Source: an uncultured bacterium | GTDB lineage: Bacteria; Patescibacteriota; Doudnabacteria; UBA920 | NCBI GenBank assembly: GCA_963749445.1 | Contig: CAVVMJ010000010.1 | Span: 254,021 to 318,020 of the forward strand | Length of the DNA: 64,000 nt | Direction of reading: 5' to 3' | In this document: positions 19,838-29,060 of the stretch, piece after piece | How the letters are laid out: each line of letters starts with the position of its first letter | How positions within the stretch are numbered: the stretch's first letter is position 1 | Made by a program: the position numbers and the translations under genes | The notes under the pieces: model-generated | Seen by the model: the letters and a program-made list of their open reading frames with translations, nothing else | Told to the model about the DNA's origin: nothing | Databases searched by the model: none

Positions 19838-20077
19838 ATGAAAATCCAAGTCTTAGGCTCGGGCTGTCCGACCTGCAAAAAATTATTTGAAATCACAAAA
19901 AAAGCGGCTGCCGAACTGCGACTCCCCGACGAAGTGGAATACATTACCGATATACAGCAAATAGTAAATATGGGACTGATGTCCAGCCCGGTTTTGGCCG
20001 TGGACGGCAAACCCGCGCTGGTCGGCTTTGTGCCGGACGTGGAAAAAATAAAAGCGGCGATTAAAAAACATCAATGA
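19838..20077 (+). CDS. thioredoxin-fold small redox protein (redox-active disulfide protein 2-like)
   Basis: 79 aa with a CPTC motif. Typically paired with a DUF318 permease. Confidence 0.7.
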   Translation: MKIQVLGSGCPTCKKLFEITKKAAAELRLPDEVEYITDIQQIVNMGLMSSPVLAVDGKPALVGFVPDVEKIKAAIKKHQ

Positions 20078-21039
20078 GCGTATTCTCCCCCATTCAATGG
20101 CTTGCCGATTGGTTAACCCTTTCGGCATTTAATTTGGCCCCCGGAACTGCGCTGGCCGGGGCGGTGAATTTTTTTATTTTTGATACGGCCAAGATATTCA
20201 TTTTGCTGGCTGTGATAATTTTTGCGGTATCCGTCATCCGCTCTTTTTTGCCCCCGGAAAAAATCAGGCAAATCTTATCCCATAAAAATAAATACGCGGG
20301 AAACATTATCGCTTCGGTGCTGGGCATCGCCACCCCTTTCTGTTCCTGCTCGGCCATTCCCCTATTCCTCGGTTTTGTGCAGGCAGGCGTGCCGCTCGGC
20401 ACGACCTTTTCTTTCCTGGTGGCGTCGCCGATGATAAACGAAGTGGCTTTGGTTTTACTGCTCGGATTATTCGGCTGGAAAATCGCCTTACTTTACATTA
20501 TCAGCGGGCTGGTTATAGCCATTCTTTCCGGGATCATCATCGGAAAAATGAAAATAGAAAGTCTGGTAGAGCCGTTCGTGTTCCAAAATTCCATAAATAC
20601 CGATGTTGGCTTACCGAAAATGGAATGGAAAGACAGGCTGACCTATGCCAAAGGCTACACGCTGGACATTTTAAAAAAGGTTTGGCCTTACATTATTATC
20701 GGCATAGGCGTTGGAGCCTTTATCCACGGTTATGTTCCCACTGACTTTTTGGCCAAATACGCCGGCCGTGATAAATGGTACGCCGTACCTTTGGCCGTGC
20801 TTGTTGGCATCCCGCTTTATTCCAACGCCGCGGGAGTAATACCGTTAGTCAGCGCTTTAACCGAAAAAGGCGTCAGTATGGGAACAACGCTGGCTTTTAT
20901 GATGTCCGTCACCGCCCTGTCTTTACCGGAATTTATGATTTTAAAAAAGGTAATGAAATTAAAACTTATCTTAATTTTTGCGGGGATAGTGGCAATTGGG
21001 ATTATGCTGACAGGATTTTTATTTAATATAATTTTATAG
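20074..21039 (+). CDS. permease, DUF318/ArsP-like (UPF0718) family
   Basis: 321-aa polytopic protein with the conserved CSCSAIP motif. Confidence 0.7.
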   Translation: MSVFSPIQWLADWLTLSAFNLAPGTALAGAVNFFIFDTAKIFILLAVIIFAVSVIRSFLPPEKIRQILSHKNKYAGNIIASVLGIATPFCSCSAIPLFLGFVQAGVPLGTTFSFLVASPMINEVALVLLLGLFGWKIALLYIISGLVIAILSGIIIGKMKIESLVEPFVFQNSINTDVGLPKMEWKDRLTYAKGYTLDILKKVWPYIIIGIGVGAFIHGYVPTDFLAKYAGRDKWYAVPLAVLVGIPLYSNAAGVIPLVSALTEKGVSMGTTLAFMMSVTALSLPEFMILKKVMKLKLILIFAGIVAIGIMLTGFLFNIIL

Positions 21040-21183
21040 CTTAACTATTATCATTACAAATATGAAACCTGCCTACAATAAAAAAAAGGGTAAAAAAAAG
21101 GGGACATGACCCATATATAAAAATATACCTATATCAATAGGTATATTTTTGCTTGGGGAGGAGAGCTGTAACGTCGAAATGCT

Positions 21184-21537
21184 ATGAATGACGGCGGGAG
21201 GGTAAAGGTATATAATATAGATAATCTTATGAGCAATAAAAAAATTCCCTCGGGAACAGTGCATAAATTACCGCCCGATTTAAGAAAGACTCTTGTTTCC
21301 GACAAAGAGGCTTTGGCCGTGTGGCAGGGTTTGACGCCTTTGGCGCGCAATGAGTGGATATGCTGGGTTACGTTTGTCAAAAAGGAGGAAACGAGGAAGC
21401 AACATGTAGAGAGAGTGCGGATCGAGCTTAAAGAAGGCATGCGGAGGCCGTGTTGCTGGCTGGGTTGCATTCATCGTACGGATAAGAAAGTCAGCCCTTC
21501 GGTGCAGGGAATACTCAACAGACGGTCTAAAAAATAA
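21184..21537 (+). CDS. YdeI/OmpD-associated family protein
   Basis: 117 aa. Matches the YdeI-like C-terminal pattern (LARNEWICWVTFVKKEETRKQHVERVRIELKEGMRRPCCW). Confidence 0.6.
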   Translation: MNDGGRVKVYNIDNLMSNKKIPSGTVHKLPPDLRKTLVSDKEALAVWQGLTPLARNEWICWVTFVKKEETRKQHVERVRIELKEGMRRPCCWLGCIHRTDKKVSPSVQGILNRRSKK

Positions 21538-21541
21538 TCTT

Positions 21542-21892
21542 ATGAAACGCGCAAAGGACGTAAACCGATATATAGAGCAAGCGCCTAAAGAAATGCAAAG
21601 CGGCTTAAAAAAGCTTCGCGCTTTAATTAAGAAAACCGCGCCTAAGGCTTTAGAGAGCATTAGTTACGGCATACCATTTTACGGCTACAAAGGGCGGCTG
21701 GTCTATTTTGCGGCCATGAAAGGCTATCTCGGGCTTTACATTCCTCCCCCGATAATTGCCAATCATTCCAAGGAACTGAAAATTTACGCCACAACCAAGT
21801 CGGCCATCCATCTGCCGATCAAAAAACTGCCGGCCGCGCTTATAAAAAAATTGGTTAAAGCGCGGATAAAGCATAATAATACAATTCGTTAA
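21542..21892 (+). CDS. DUF1801 (YdhG-like) domain protein
   Basis: 116 aa. The DUF1801 pattern (ISYGIPFYGYKGRLVYFAAMKGYLGLY) is recognisable. Confidence 0.6.
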   Translation: MKRAKDVNRYIEQAPKEMQSGLKKLRALIKKTAPKALESISYGIPFYGYKGRLVYFAAMKGYLGLYIPPPIIANHSKELKIYATTKSAIHLPIKKLPAALIKKLVKARIKHNNTIR

Positions 21893-21956
21893 AGGTCGCG
21901 GTATTTCCCGCCAGAGGCGGGTCCGCCTTTGGCGGAAATTAACCAAATTTTATAAT

Positions 21957-22121
21957 ATGGTAAAAGGAAATTTTATCGGCGCGGCGATTGTCGCGATAAT
22001 CTACACAGTTTATATTGCATGGCATCCCCTTCCCTCGCGCACGCAAACAGCATTAGTATTGGTGGTTCTTAATGCATTAACCATCGTGCTGATGGCTTTT
22101 GCGTTCAAAGGTTTAAAATAG
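21957..22121 (+). CDS. possible small membrane protein (54 aa)
   Basis: ATG ORF below the track cutoff, with two hydrophobic helices and no SD. Weak support. Confidence 0.25.
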   Translation: MVKGNFIGAAIVAIIYTVYIAWHPLPSRTQTALVLVVLNALTIVLMAFAFKGLK

Positions 22122-22189
22122 GAGTTAATATGTGGCAATTGTATGTATTTGGTTTTTTAAGTGACTTTGCGTCTTAACCCCAAACGGTT

Positions 22190-22768
22190 TTGTACAATAA
22201 TCCTATGTCCGACTATGGCTATGTCATCGTCGCAAGTTGGTTGGTACTTATAACGGTATGGGTGATAGGTGCCTTTACCGCCAAACGCGACGCTTCAAAC
22301 AGATCAAGTATCGTTCTTTCGCTGTTACGGCTCCTTTTATTGGGGCTCTTGATTTTTGTTCTGCGAAATCCGCATGACGATGTGGCCGTCCTTGAGCGAA
22401 CATTCTTTAATTTCGGCCCCGCGGTAAACTGGGTTGGCGCGTTTTTGACCGTTATTGGGATCGCGTTTGCAATCTGGGCGCGATACCGCTTGGGACGCAA
22501 CTGGGGCTCACGTCAGAAAGAAGACCCTGTGCTGATAACCAGCGGTCCTTACGCATTTGTCCGCCATCCGATTTATACCGGCGCTACTTTTGCACTCCTC
22601 GGTAGTGCATTGACCGGAAGCATTGTTGCCGTTGTGTTGTTTATTATAAGCATCGTCTTTTGTCTACGCCGCATCGATAAAGAAGAGCGCATGATGCTCA
22701 GCCTTTTCCCCGGGCAATATCCGGCCTATCAAGCGCGTACTAAGCAGTTCATACCGTTCGTGTGGTAA
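22190..22768 (+). CDS. isoprenylcysteine carboxyl methyltransferase (ICMT)/phospholipid methyltransferase family membrane protein
   Basis: 192 aa. Matches the C-terminal ICMT motif (FVRHPIYTGATFALLGSAL ... EERMM). Confidence 0.65.
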   Translation: MYNNPMSDYGYVIVASWLVLITVWVIGAFTAKRDASNRSSIVLSLLRLLLLGLLIFVLRNPHDDVAVLERTFFNFGPAVNWVGAFLTVIGIAFAIWARYRLGRNWGSRQKEDPVLITSGPYAFVRHPIYTGATFALLGSALTGSIVAVVLFIISIVFCLRRIDKEERMMLSLFPGQYPAYQARTKQFIPFVW

Positions 22769-22818
22769 ACGAAGCATATATTGCGGCTTGGCACGACGGG
22801 CGCTCCCCCCTTAGATGA

Positions 22819-22847
22819 TTGACCAAAATCATATAAAATGATATACT
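22819..22847 (+). promoter_or_regulatory. strong sigma-70 promoter (TTGACC-N17-TATACT), about 150 nt upstream of tRNA-His
   Basis: Read directly. It would produce a leader or a small RNA before the tRNA. Confidence 0.45.
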
Positions 22848-23004
22848 ATTTTTACCTGGCACTTCTCGGCTTCGCTCGAAGCCTCCGGCAGCCACGGTAA
22901 GATGTTTGGCACAGCAAACATCAAACGCAACTCTTCACGATTCTGTGCGAGAGTTTTTCTTTTGTCCGACGTAGCTTTAGCGAAGTTGGATTGTTTGAAA
23001 ATAT

Positions 23005-23080
23005 GGCGACTATAGTTCAATGGTAGAACGCCGCTCTGTGGCAGCGGATACGAGGGTTCGATTTCCCTCTAGTCGCCCCA
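23005..23080 (+). tRNA. tRNA-His (anticodon GTG), with genomically encoded G-1 and 3' CCA
   Basis: Manual cloverleaf: acceptor GCGACTA/TAGTCGC, anticodon stem CCGCT/AGCGG, loop CTGTGGC, T-arm GAGGG-TTCGATT-CCCTC. G-1 pairs with discriminator C. A terminator hairpin and T-run follow (23083..23115). Confidence 0.9.
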
Positions 23081-23221
23081 AAAAAATATCCCGATTGGTC
23101 GGGATATTTTTTTATTTGATTTTTTCCGATGGATATGCTATAATTAATACATAAAGGTTAATTTCAGCAAGAAATAAAAACAAAATTTAACCAATGCGTT
23201 GGAATCGAGCCAAAAATAGGC

Positions 23222-25168
23222 TTGGTTTTAAGCATTAAACAAATGACTAAACCTGCCAAAAAGGCGAGGCCGCTGAAGAGACGGTCCAAAAAAATCGTTC
23301 GCAAGGCTATCCGCAAAGCCGGCAAAACACACGGCGCCTGGCATAATTTTTTTGAAATTCAAGTTAGCAGCGCCATAGCGCTAGTTTTGTGTCTTTCGAT
23401 CGCCGGCACGGCGGCCACCGCTGTCCTGCCCGCTTATAACGAGTTGGCCGATACGGGCCTTGTTTTAGCTTACGCCGCCTTGCCCCATCACCACACACAA
23501 GCTAGCCCGCAAGTGCTCGGCACAAGCACGACAACGACTGCGGCGCCGGCCCAAAAGCCAACGATGATGCAAGCCGCCGACGTTGAAGTGTCCCCTGCCC
23601 AGGACTTGCCCGCTGACGTAGGCGTGTACTTTTGGGACGGCCAGCTGGACAACGTCCCGGCCGGACAAATGCTAGCCAAAGGACAAGAACTGGCAGACAG
23701 TTTGGGAGTTAAAACTCTCCGCATTTTCATGTCGCCGAAATCGGACATAGATTATTCCATATCGAATAAATGCATCAGTAATTTTACCCTGGCCAAACTG
23801 GCGGCGCGCAGCGATTTTAAGGCCATTTTGAGAGACCCGCAATTTCAAACCATCATCATCACCGCCTACGACGGAACGACTTTTGGCAATTGCGTGAAAA
23901 AAAATTACATGATTCCGACATTTTTAACCCCAACCAAGCTGGCCAGCGTCCAAACCGAATACCGCGGCCTGGCAACCTATTTAAAACAGTTCAATAAAAC
24001 TTTCATTATAGACGCTTGGGAGGGCGACAACGATTTATACTGCGGCGACGCTTTTGACGCCACGCCCGGCAGCTGCCCGGGCATAAACGACAGAATCACC
24101 GGTTATACCAAATGGATGCAGGCGCGGGCGGCGGGAATTAAATCGGCCAAAACCGCAAACGTATTTAGCGCCATGGAATTCAACAACGTCCATTCGCTGC
24201 CGGACCAGGGAATGCCGAACATTCTTTATAATGTCCTGCCTAACGTGGATGTGGATTATTATTCCTATTCTTCCTACGAGTCCATTAACGTGTCAGCCGC
24301 ACAGCTGGCCACGGACATTGACGGCATAAGGGCATCGCTGTCCGGCTACGGCAAAGACCCGAGTCATTTGTTCATTGGGGAATTCGGTTTTGACTCCGAA
24401 ATCTTTGGCAAGGACGTGGCGGCGCAAAAAGTCGCGGAAACTATTGCCGTAGCCAGGCAAAAAAACATTCCTTACTCCATTCTTTGGAACCTAATAGACA
24501 ACCCGACCTTGGGCGCGTTTGATACCGGTGGAAATTTGACGGCTTACGGAAAAGCTTTAAGCGCCAGCCTTCCCGATCCCCCAACCCTGGACGCGGCACA
24601 GGGCTATAATACCCAAACCGGCCAGTATACCGATGGCTTTGGTTACGACAATGAATATCTGATTGCTTACGGCAATTTTTCCCAGACCGGCAATACCGTA
24701 TACGTCGGCGGCGTGGCCTTTACTCCCGACTATGAAGGCGCCAACCAAATCAACGTCAAACTGGACAATACCCGCCTAAACGCCGGCGACAGCAGCAACC
24801 AAGTCCAGGTTTATGTCTCCGACGCGGATGGACAAACCAGTTCACCTGCAACTTTCATCCTGGCTCCCGAAAACGCCATCGTTTACGCCGAAGGCTACGA
24901 CGCCCAAAGCGGCCAGTCTTCAGCCGGTTCGGCCGACGTTAGCGAATACCTCCTGTTGTTCGGAAACTTCGTTCCCAGCGGCAATTCCGTTTATATCAAC
25001 GGCACTGAATTCACCCCAATGTTTCAGAGCGGCATGGAACTTGTGGTGCCTTTGCAAAACAGCGGCAAAATCCAAGCCAGCCTAAGCGGTACGCCGGCGT
25101 CCGTGTACGTTATAAACAGCCTCGGCCGCACGCCAGAGGTTACGGTAAAATTTTATTTGGCCAAATAG
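23222..25168 (+). CDS. large secreted hypothetical protein, possibly a TIM-barrel glycoside-hydrolase-like domain (weak), with two tandem C-terminal beta-domain repeats
   Basis: 648 aa. N-terminal basic segment and a TM/signal anchor. Internal tandem repeat (YTDGFGYDNEYLIAYGNFSQTGNTVYVGGVAFTP / SADVSEYLLLFGNFVPSGNSVYINGTEFTP). The true start may be the internal M. Confidence 0.4.
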   Translation: MVLSIKQMTKPAKKARPLKRRSKKIVRKAIRKAGKTHGAWHNFFEIQVSSAIALVLCLSIAGTAATAVLPAYNELADTGLVLAYAALPHHHTQASPQVLGTSTTTTAAPAQKPTMMQAADVEVSPAQDLPADVGVYFWDGQLDNVPAGQMLAKGQELADSLGVKTLRIFMSPKSDIDYSISNKCISNFTLAKLAARSDFKAILRDPQFQTIIITAYDGTTFGNCVKKNYMIPTFLTPTKLASVQTEYRGLATYLKQFNKTFIIDAWEGDNDLYCGDAFDATPGSCPGINDRITGYTKWMQARAAGIKSAKTANVFSAMEFNNVHSLPDQGMPNILYNVLPNVDVDYYSYSSYESINVSAAQLATDIDGIRASLSGYGKDPSHLFIGEFGFDSEIFGKDVAAQKVAETIAVARQKNIPYSILWNLIDNPTLGAFDTGGNLTAYGKALSASLPDPPTLDAAQGYNTQTGQYTDGFGYDNEYLIAYGNFSQTGNTVYVGGVAFTPDYEGANQINVKLDNTRLNAGDSSNQVQVYVSDADGQTSSPATFILAPENAIVYAEGYDAQSGQSSAGSADVSEYLLLFGNFVPSGNSVYINGTEFTPMFQSGMELVVPLQNSGKIQASLSGTPASVYVINSLGRTPEVTVKFYLAK

Positions 25169-25176
25169 CGACATTT

Positions 25177-25206
25177 AAAAACGGCCTCAAAAGAGGCCGT
25201 TTTTTT
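25177..25206. terminator. rho-independent terminator
   Basis: aaaaacggcctcaaaagaggccgttttttt. Confidence 0.7.
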
Positions 25207-25309
25207 ACTGGATGTTTCCGCCAGAGGCGGATCTCAGCCGAAGGCTGACCAGCCTCTGGCTGGCGCAACCAACTTTGGCGGAAAAATATCATTATGATAA
25301 AATGCCTAT

Positions 25310-26227
25310 ATGGCTTCGGAACCCACAATCTGTTTCGGCCAACAACCTGCCGGGTTTTTCCCCAAGCGGTTTTTGGCGGCCAAAATCAATACCGCAAAAA
25401 AATTGCGCGATGAAATCGGCGGCAAGGTCGTCTTTTTTTATCACGACAGCGATGCCGACTATCGAGAAACGATTACGATTATGCGCGACCGAACGACCGG
25501 CGCGGAAGTCCGCTTAAATTTTACCCAGGAAAACAAACTGCAAAAAAAATTCTCCCCGCTTTACTTAAAAAGAATCCCTGCGGGCTGGAAAGGAGAAATA
25601 TTAAAACAGCTTCCGCGCTTTGCCGACAAGCCGCTGATAGATATTTTTACATCCACCGATGAAAAAACCGCAGCCGATTTTTGCCTGGAAATGTACCGCA
25701 AAATGAGATTACTTGAAAGAATTGGAATTTTAAGATCATCTGACAAAAATTTTAGGCAGAAAGCCCAAGACCTTGCCATAGACTACTTTGCCGATATAGA
25801 ATACCAGGGCGAAGTTGTGCGGGCCAAGGTTGAATCATTGCAAACTCCAACCACCTCCCCCCGCTTCGCGGGGTACTCCTCCTTAAAAAAGGAGGAGAGG
25901 CTCCGCACTTCATCGGATATTTCGGATGACCGCGGAGCTTCCCCTCCTACCAAGGAGGGGTGGACGCCGGAGGCGGACGGGGTGGTTGGAGTTCTCCACG
26001 AAGGCGGCAATAAATTTATCCGCTTTCCGATAAACCAGCCCATCCAAAAATCGCAAAAATCCCCCAACCGAGACCAAAGGTTTGCCTGGATGCAGTCAGT
26101 GATAAATTGCACCCACTACATTTACGGCGAAGGCGAAAAGGAATACCTGGATATTTCTAAATTTCCCGATATCAAATTCATTGACCGCGAAAAAATCGAC
26201 GACCCAAGTTATGCATGGTTAGGTTAA
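25310..26227 (+). CDS. BshC-like protein (short form) carrying an in-frame GC-rich repeat insertion
   Basis: 305 aa. The N-terminal segment ICFGQQPAGFF ... VVFFYHDSDADYRE resembles the BshC motifs ITGQQAGL and VFWVAGEDHDFAE. The family-B repeat at 25850..25998 is embedded in-frame. It sits directly upstream of bshB- and bshA-like genes. Confidence 0.4.
   Translation: MASEPTICFGQQPAGFFPKRFLAAKINTAKKLRDEIGGKVVFFYHDSDADYRETITIMRDRTTGAEVRLNFTQENKLQKKFSPLYLKRIPAGWKGEILKQLPRFADKPLIDIFTSTDEKTAADFCLEMYRKMRLLERIGILRSSDKNFRQKAQDLAIDYFADIEYQGEVVRAKVESLQTPTTSPRFAGYSSLKKEERLRTSSDISDDRGASPPTKEGWTPEADGVVGVLHEGGNKFIRFPINQPIQKSQKSPNRDQRFAWMQSVINCTHYIYGEGEKEYLDISKFPDIKFIDREKIDDPSYAWLG
25850..25998. repeat. 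GC-rich palindromic repeat, family B (copy B1), inserted in-frame in a CDS
   Basis: Shares CAAGGAGGGGTGGACGCCG.AGGCGGACGG ... GGGGTGGTTGGA with 28455..28550, and AAGCCTTGGCGA.GG.GGGGGTG with 37985..38075. Has internal dyads (ctcctccttaaaaaaggaggag). Confidence 0.7.
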
Positions 26228-26310
26228 GGATTACGGATTAATACGGATATACAGATAACTGCAGTATCCGTAATCCGTATATCCGTATTAAATCAGTAAT
26301 CTATAACCCT

Positions 26311-27003
26311 ATGAAAATCCTCGCAATCGGCGCGCACCCCGACGACGTGGAGTTCGGCGCCGCTCCGCTTTTAATCAAGGAAATCCAAAAAGGCAACCAG
26401 GCCAAAATCGCGGTGTGTTCTTTGGGCGAGGCCGGCACCAGCGGCACGCCCCAAGGCCGCAAAAAAGAAGCAACCGATGCGGCTAACGCCATCGGCGCGG
26501 AAATTGAATTCCTAAATTTAGGCGGCGACTGCCACATAGAATGCAATCCGCGAAACGGTTTTAAAATTGCCGCGATTTTAAGAAAATTTAAACCTAACAT
26601 TGTGCTTGCGCCGTCGCTGATGGAAAACCAGCATCCCGACCATTTGAATTTGGCAAAACTCACCCGCGATGCCTGCAGATTCGCGCGCTACGGCGGATTA
26701 AAAGAACTTAAAAGCTTACCGACGCACAAGGTCGGTATGTTGTATTATTACGGTTCCAGCGCAGAATGGGACAAAAAACCGGACCTTTTGGTTGATGTCA
26801 CGGACGTGGAAAGGCAGTGGCAAAAGGCCATGGCCTGCCACAAGAGCCAAATGAAAACCAAACAATACATAGATTTAATTTTTAGCAAATCGCGGGCACT
26901 CGGCGCTTCCTGCGGCGTCAAATACGCGGTGGGGCTTTATTCCAACGATCCGATAAGGCTTGATAGGCTTTCCGATATTACTCTGTCTTCAAGAAATTAT
27001 TAA
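26311..27003 (+). CDS. bshB: LmbE/PIG-L family N-acetylglucosaminyl deacetylase, BshB1-like
   Basis: HPDDVEFG metal-site motif and HPDH. Collinear similarity to B. subtilis BshB1 (YpjG). Confidence 0.7.
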   Translation: MKILAIGAHPDDVEFGAAPLLIKEIQKGNQAKIAVCSLGEAGTSGTPQGRKKEATDAANAIGAEIEFLNLGGDCHIECNPRNGFKIAAILRKFKPNIVLAPSLMENQHPDHLNLAKLTRDACRFARYGGLKELKSLPTHKVGMLYYYGSSAEWDKKPDLLVDVTDVERQWQKAMACHKSQMKTKQYIDLIFSKSRALGASCGVKYAVGLYSNDPIRLDRLSDITLSSRNY

Positions 27004-27096
27004 TATGAGATACCAATATACTAATACATGCGAATAATACTAATCAGTTTGCATTCGTATTATTAGTATCATTAGTACCATTGGTATATTAGTATC

Positions 27097-28230
27097 ATGA
27101 CTATGAAAATCGGCATTGTCTGCTGGCCTTCCATCGGCGGCAGCGGCGTGGTGGCCACCAATTTGGGCAATGAATTGGCCCGGTTAGGGCACCGGGTGCA
27201 TTTTATTTCCTACGAAAGGCCGTTTTTGCTCAACTTGCGGGCCAAAAACGTGTTTTTCCACCAGGTCAAAATAAACGAGTATTCGCTTTTTAAATATCCC
27301 GACTACACCCTGCCTTTGGCGGAAACCATTGTCAACGTCCAAGAAAAATATGGCTTGGATGTTTTGCACGTGCACTACGCGGTGCCGCACGCCACAGCCG
27401 CGCTTTTGGCGCGCCGCATTATGAGGCAAACCAACATTCCCCTGCCTAAGATAGTCACCACCCTGCACGGCACGGATATTACCCTGTTCGCCAGCGACAA
27501 AAGCATGTTTTCCACCATCAAATATTCCATTGAGCGCTCGCACTGCGTGACCGCGGTTTCGCAAAATTTAAAAAACCAGACCGTCAAAATTTTCAGGATC
27601 CAAAAGCCAATCCATGTAATTTATAATTTTTATAATCCGGTTTTAGTTAAAATTTCGCGCGAAAAAGTTAGACGACGGCTAAAAATCAAACCCGACGATT
27701 TCCTCGCCATCCATTTATCCAACCTCCGCCCGGTCAAGCGCATTCCGGACTTGCTTAAAATTGCCGCGCTGCTGAAAAAACAACGTAAATTTAAATTGCT
27801 AATTCTGGCCGGCGAGCCGTTTGCCAAGTACCGGCCTCTGGTAAAAAAATTGCGGCTGAATAATGTTTTGGTCAGAGAAAACGTCAAAGATATTCAAAAT
27901 TATTTAAACGCGTCCGATGCCGGCATTTACACTTCGCAGGACGAAAGCTTCGGCATGGGCATTTTGGAAACTATGTCTTACGGCAAACCGGTGCTGGCCA
28001 CGCGCGCCGGCGGCATCCCGGAAGTTATGCGCGACAAAATTGACGGATTTTTGCTCAAAATCGGCGACACCAAAAGTTTTGCGCAAAAATTGGAATTGCT
28101 AATGAATAACCCCGGGCTCACAAAAAAACTCGGCCAAAATGCCGGGTTGCGGGCCAAAGAAAAATTTTCCGCCGGCGTAATAGTAAAAGATTACGTCAAA
28201 CTCTATACCCGTACCTGCGGCAAATTTTAA
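27097..28230 (+). CDS. bshA: GT4 glycosyltransferase, BshA-like
   Basis: N-terminal MKIGIVCWPSIGGSGVVATNLGNELARLGHRVHFIS closely matches the BshA N-terminus. C-terminal GT4 EX7E region (ESFGMGILETMSYGKPVLA). Confidence 0.7.
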   Translation: MTMKIGIVCWPSIGGSGVVATNLGNELARLGHRVHFISYERPFLLNLRAKNVFFHQVKINEYSLFKYPDYTLPLAETIVNVQEKYGLDVLHVHYAVPHATAALLARRIMRQTNIPLPKIVTTLHGTDITLFASDKSMFSTIKYSIERSHCVTAVSQNLKNQTVKIFRIQKPIHVIYNFYNPVLVKISREKVRRRLKIKPDDFLAIHLSNLRPVKRIPDLLKIAALLKKQRKFKLLILAGEPFAKYRPLVKKLRLNNVLVRENVKDIQNYLNASDAGIYTSQDESFGMGILETMSYGKPVLATRAGGIPEVMRDKIDGFLLKIGDTKSFAQKLELLMNNPGLTKKLGQNAGLRAKEKFSAGVIVKDYVKLYTRTCGKF

Positions 28231-28295
28231 TAAAAAATTTTCTTCCGCTAAAATTTTATTACGACTTTTGCCGCAATTGCGGCAAAAGTCGTAAT

Positions 28296-29048
28296 TTATT
28301 TCGTATTCCATTCAATCAACTTGCCTGCCTGAATTTCAACCGGATCCGCTTTGCGTAAATTTTTTAGCTGCTGGCTGTTTAAAATTTTATAGTGTTTCGC
28401 TTTATCCAAATAATCCGGCAGATCCGCCAAATCCTTTTCCGTGGTGCGCCAATCAGCGCTTCCGCTCCCCTTCTTTTCAAGGAGGGGTGGACGCCGCAGG
28501 CGGACGGCTTGTCCTCCGAAGCCTTGGCGAAGGTGGGGGTGGTTGGAACTAAACGGGTGTTTATCGAAAAATCTCAGATCAAACGGCGCGGAGTATTCCC
28601 GCAGCGTCTTTCTGCCGCTGTCCAAAAAATATTCGTGGAAATACGACAACGACAATTCACGGATAGTTTTATATATCGGTTCGCGATAACGCAGCACCGC
28701 GTGGTTGGTTTTGCTAATCGCGCCCCAGCAGCCGAACTGCTTAAACAAGGCCACTACGTGATCTAAATCGTCATCTGTCGAACGTAAATCCAGTAAAAAC
28801 GGCTTATACCCATGAAATTCCAAAATTGCCGCGGCCAAAAGCGCGCCTTCCATACAGTGGGCTTTACCGATTTTTAAAACCTCCCGCGGGCTGCGGCACT
28901 CCACGCCGTCCTTGGCCGGATTATGCCTAATTTTAAACGCCAAAAAATCCTGAATTTTTTTGGGCGAATCCAGACTTTTGAATACTTTTATTTCCCGAGG
29001 TGTATAAAGAAGCATTTTGTGCCTGATTCTGTTTGTGACGGCCGTCAC
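28296..29048 (-). CDS. hypothetical protein with a possible papain/transglutaminase-like Cys-His core; contains an in-frame family-B repeat
   Basis: 250 aa with a GKAHCMEGALLAAAIL motif. The repeat at 28455..28550 is embedded in opposite orientation to copy B1. The N-terminus overlaps a perfect palindrome, so the true start is probably the internal MLLYTP. Confidence 0.4.
   Translation of the reverse strand: MTAVTNRIRHKMLLYTPREIKVFKSLDSPKKIQDFLAFKIRHNPAKDGVECRSPREVLKIGKAHCMEGALLAAAILEFHGYKPFLLDLRSTDDDLDHVVALFKQFGCWGAISKTNHAVLRYREPIYKTIRELSLSYFHEYFLDSGRKTLREYSAPFDLRFFDKHPFSSNHPHLRQGFGGQAVRLRRPPLLEKKGSGSADWRTTEKDLADLPDYLDKAKHYKILNSQQLKNLRKADPVEIQAGKLIEWNTK
28455..28550. repeat. GC-rich palindromic repeat, family B (copy B2), in-frame within a CDS
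   Basis: See 25850..25998. Confidence 0.7.
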
Positions 29049-29058
29049 AAACAGAATC
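29023..29058. promoter_or_regulatory. perfect 34-36-bp palindrome GATTCTGTTTGTGACGGCCGTCACAAACAGAATC at the junction of two tandem genes
   Basis: Read directly. Shares the core TGACGGCCGTCA with 4219..4256. Confidence 0.5.
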
Positions 29059-29060
29059 AG

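Noticed and set aside
22829-23020. 63-aa minus-strand ORF overlapping the tRNA-His leader
   Set aside because: It overlaps the tRNA 5' end and a strong plus-strand promoter and has no coding signal. Probably non-coding.
25310-26227. Calling 25310..26227 a full BshC
   Set aside because: It is only 305 aa including a repeat insert, against about 540 aa for BshC. Only short N-terminal motifs match, so it is kept as a BshC-like hypothetical with low confidence.
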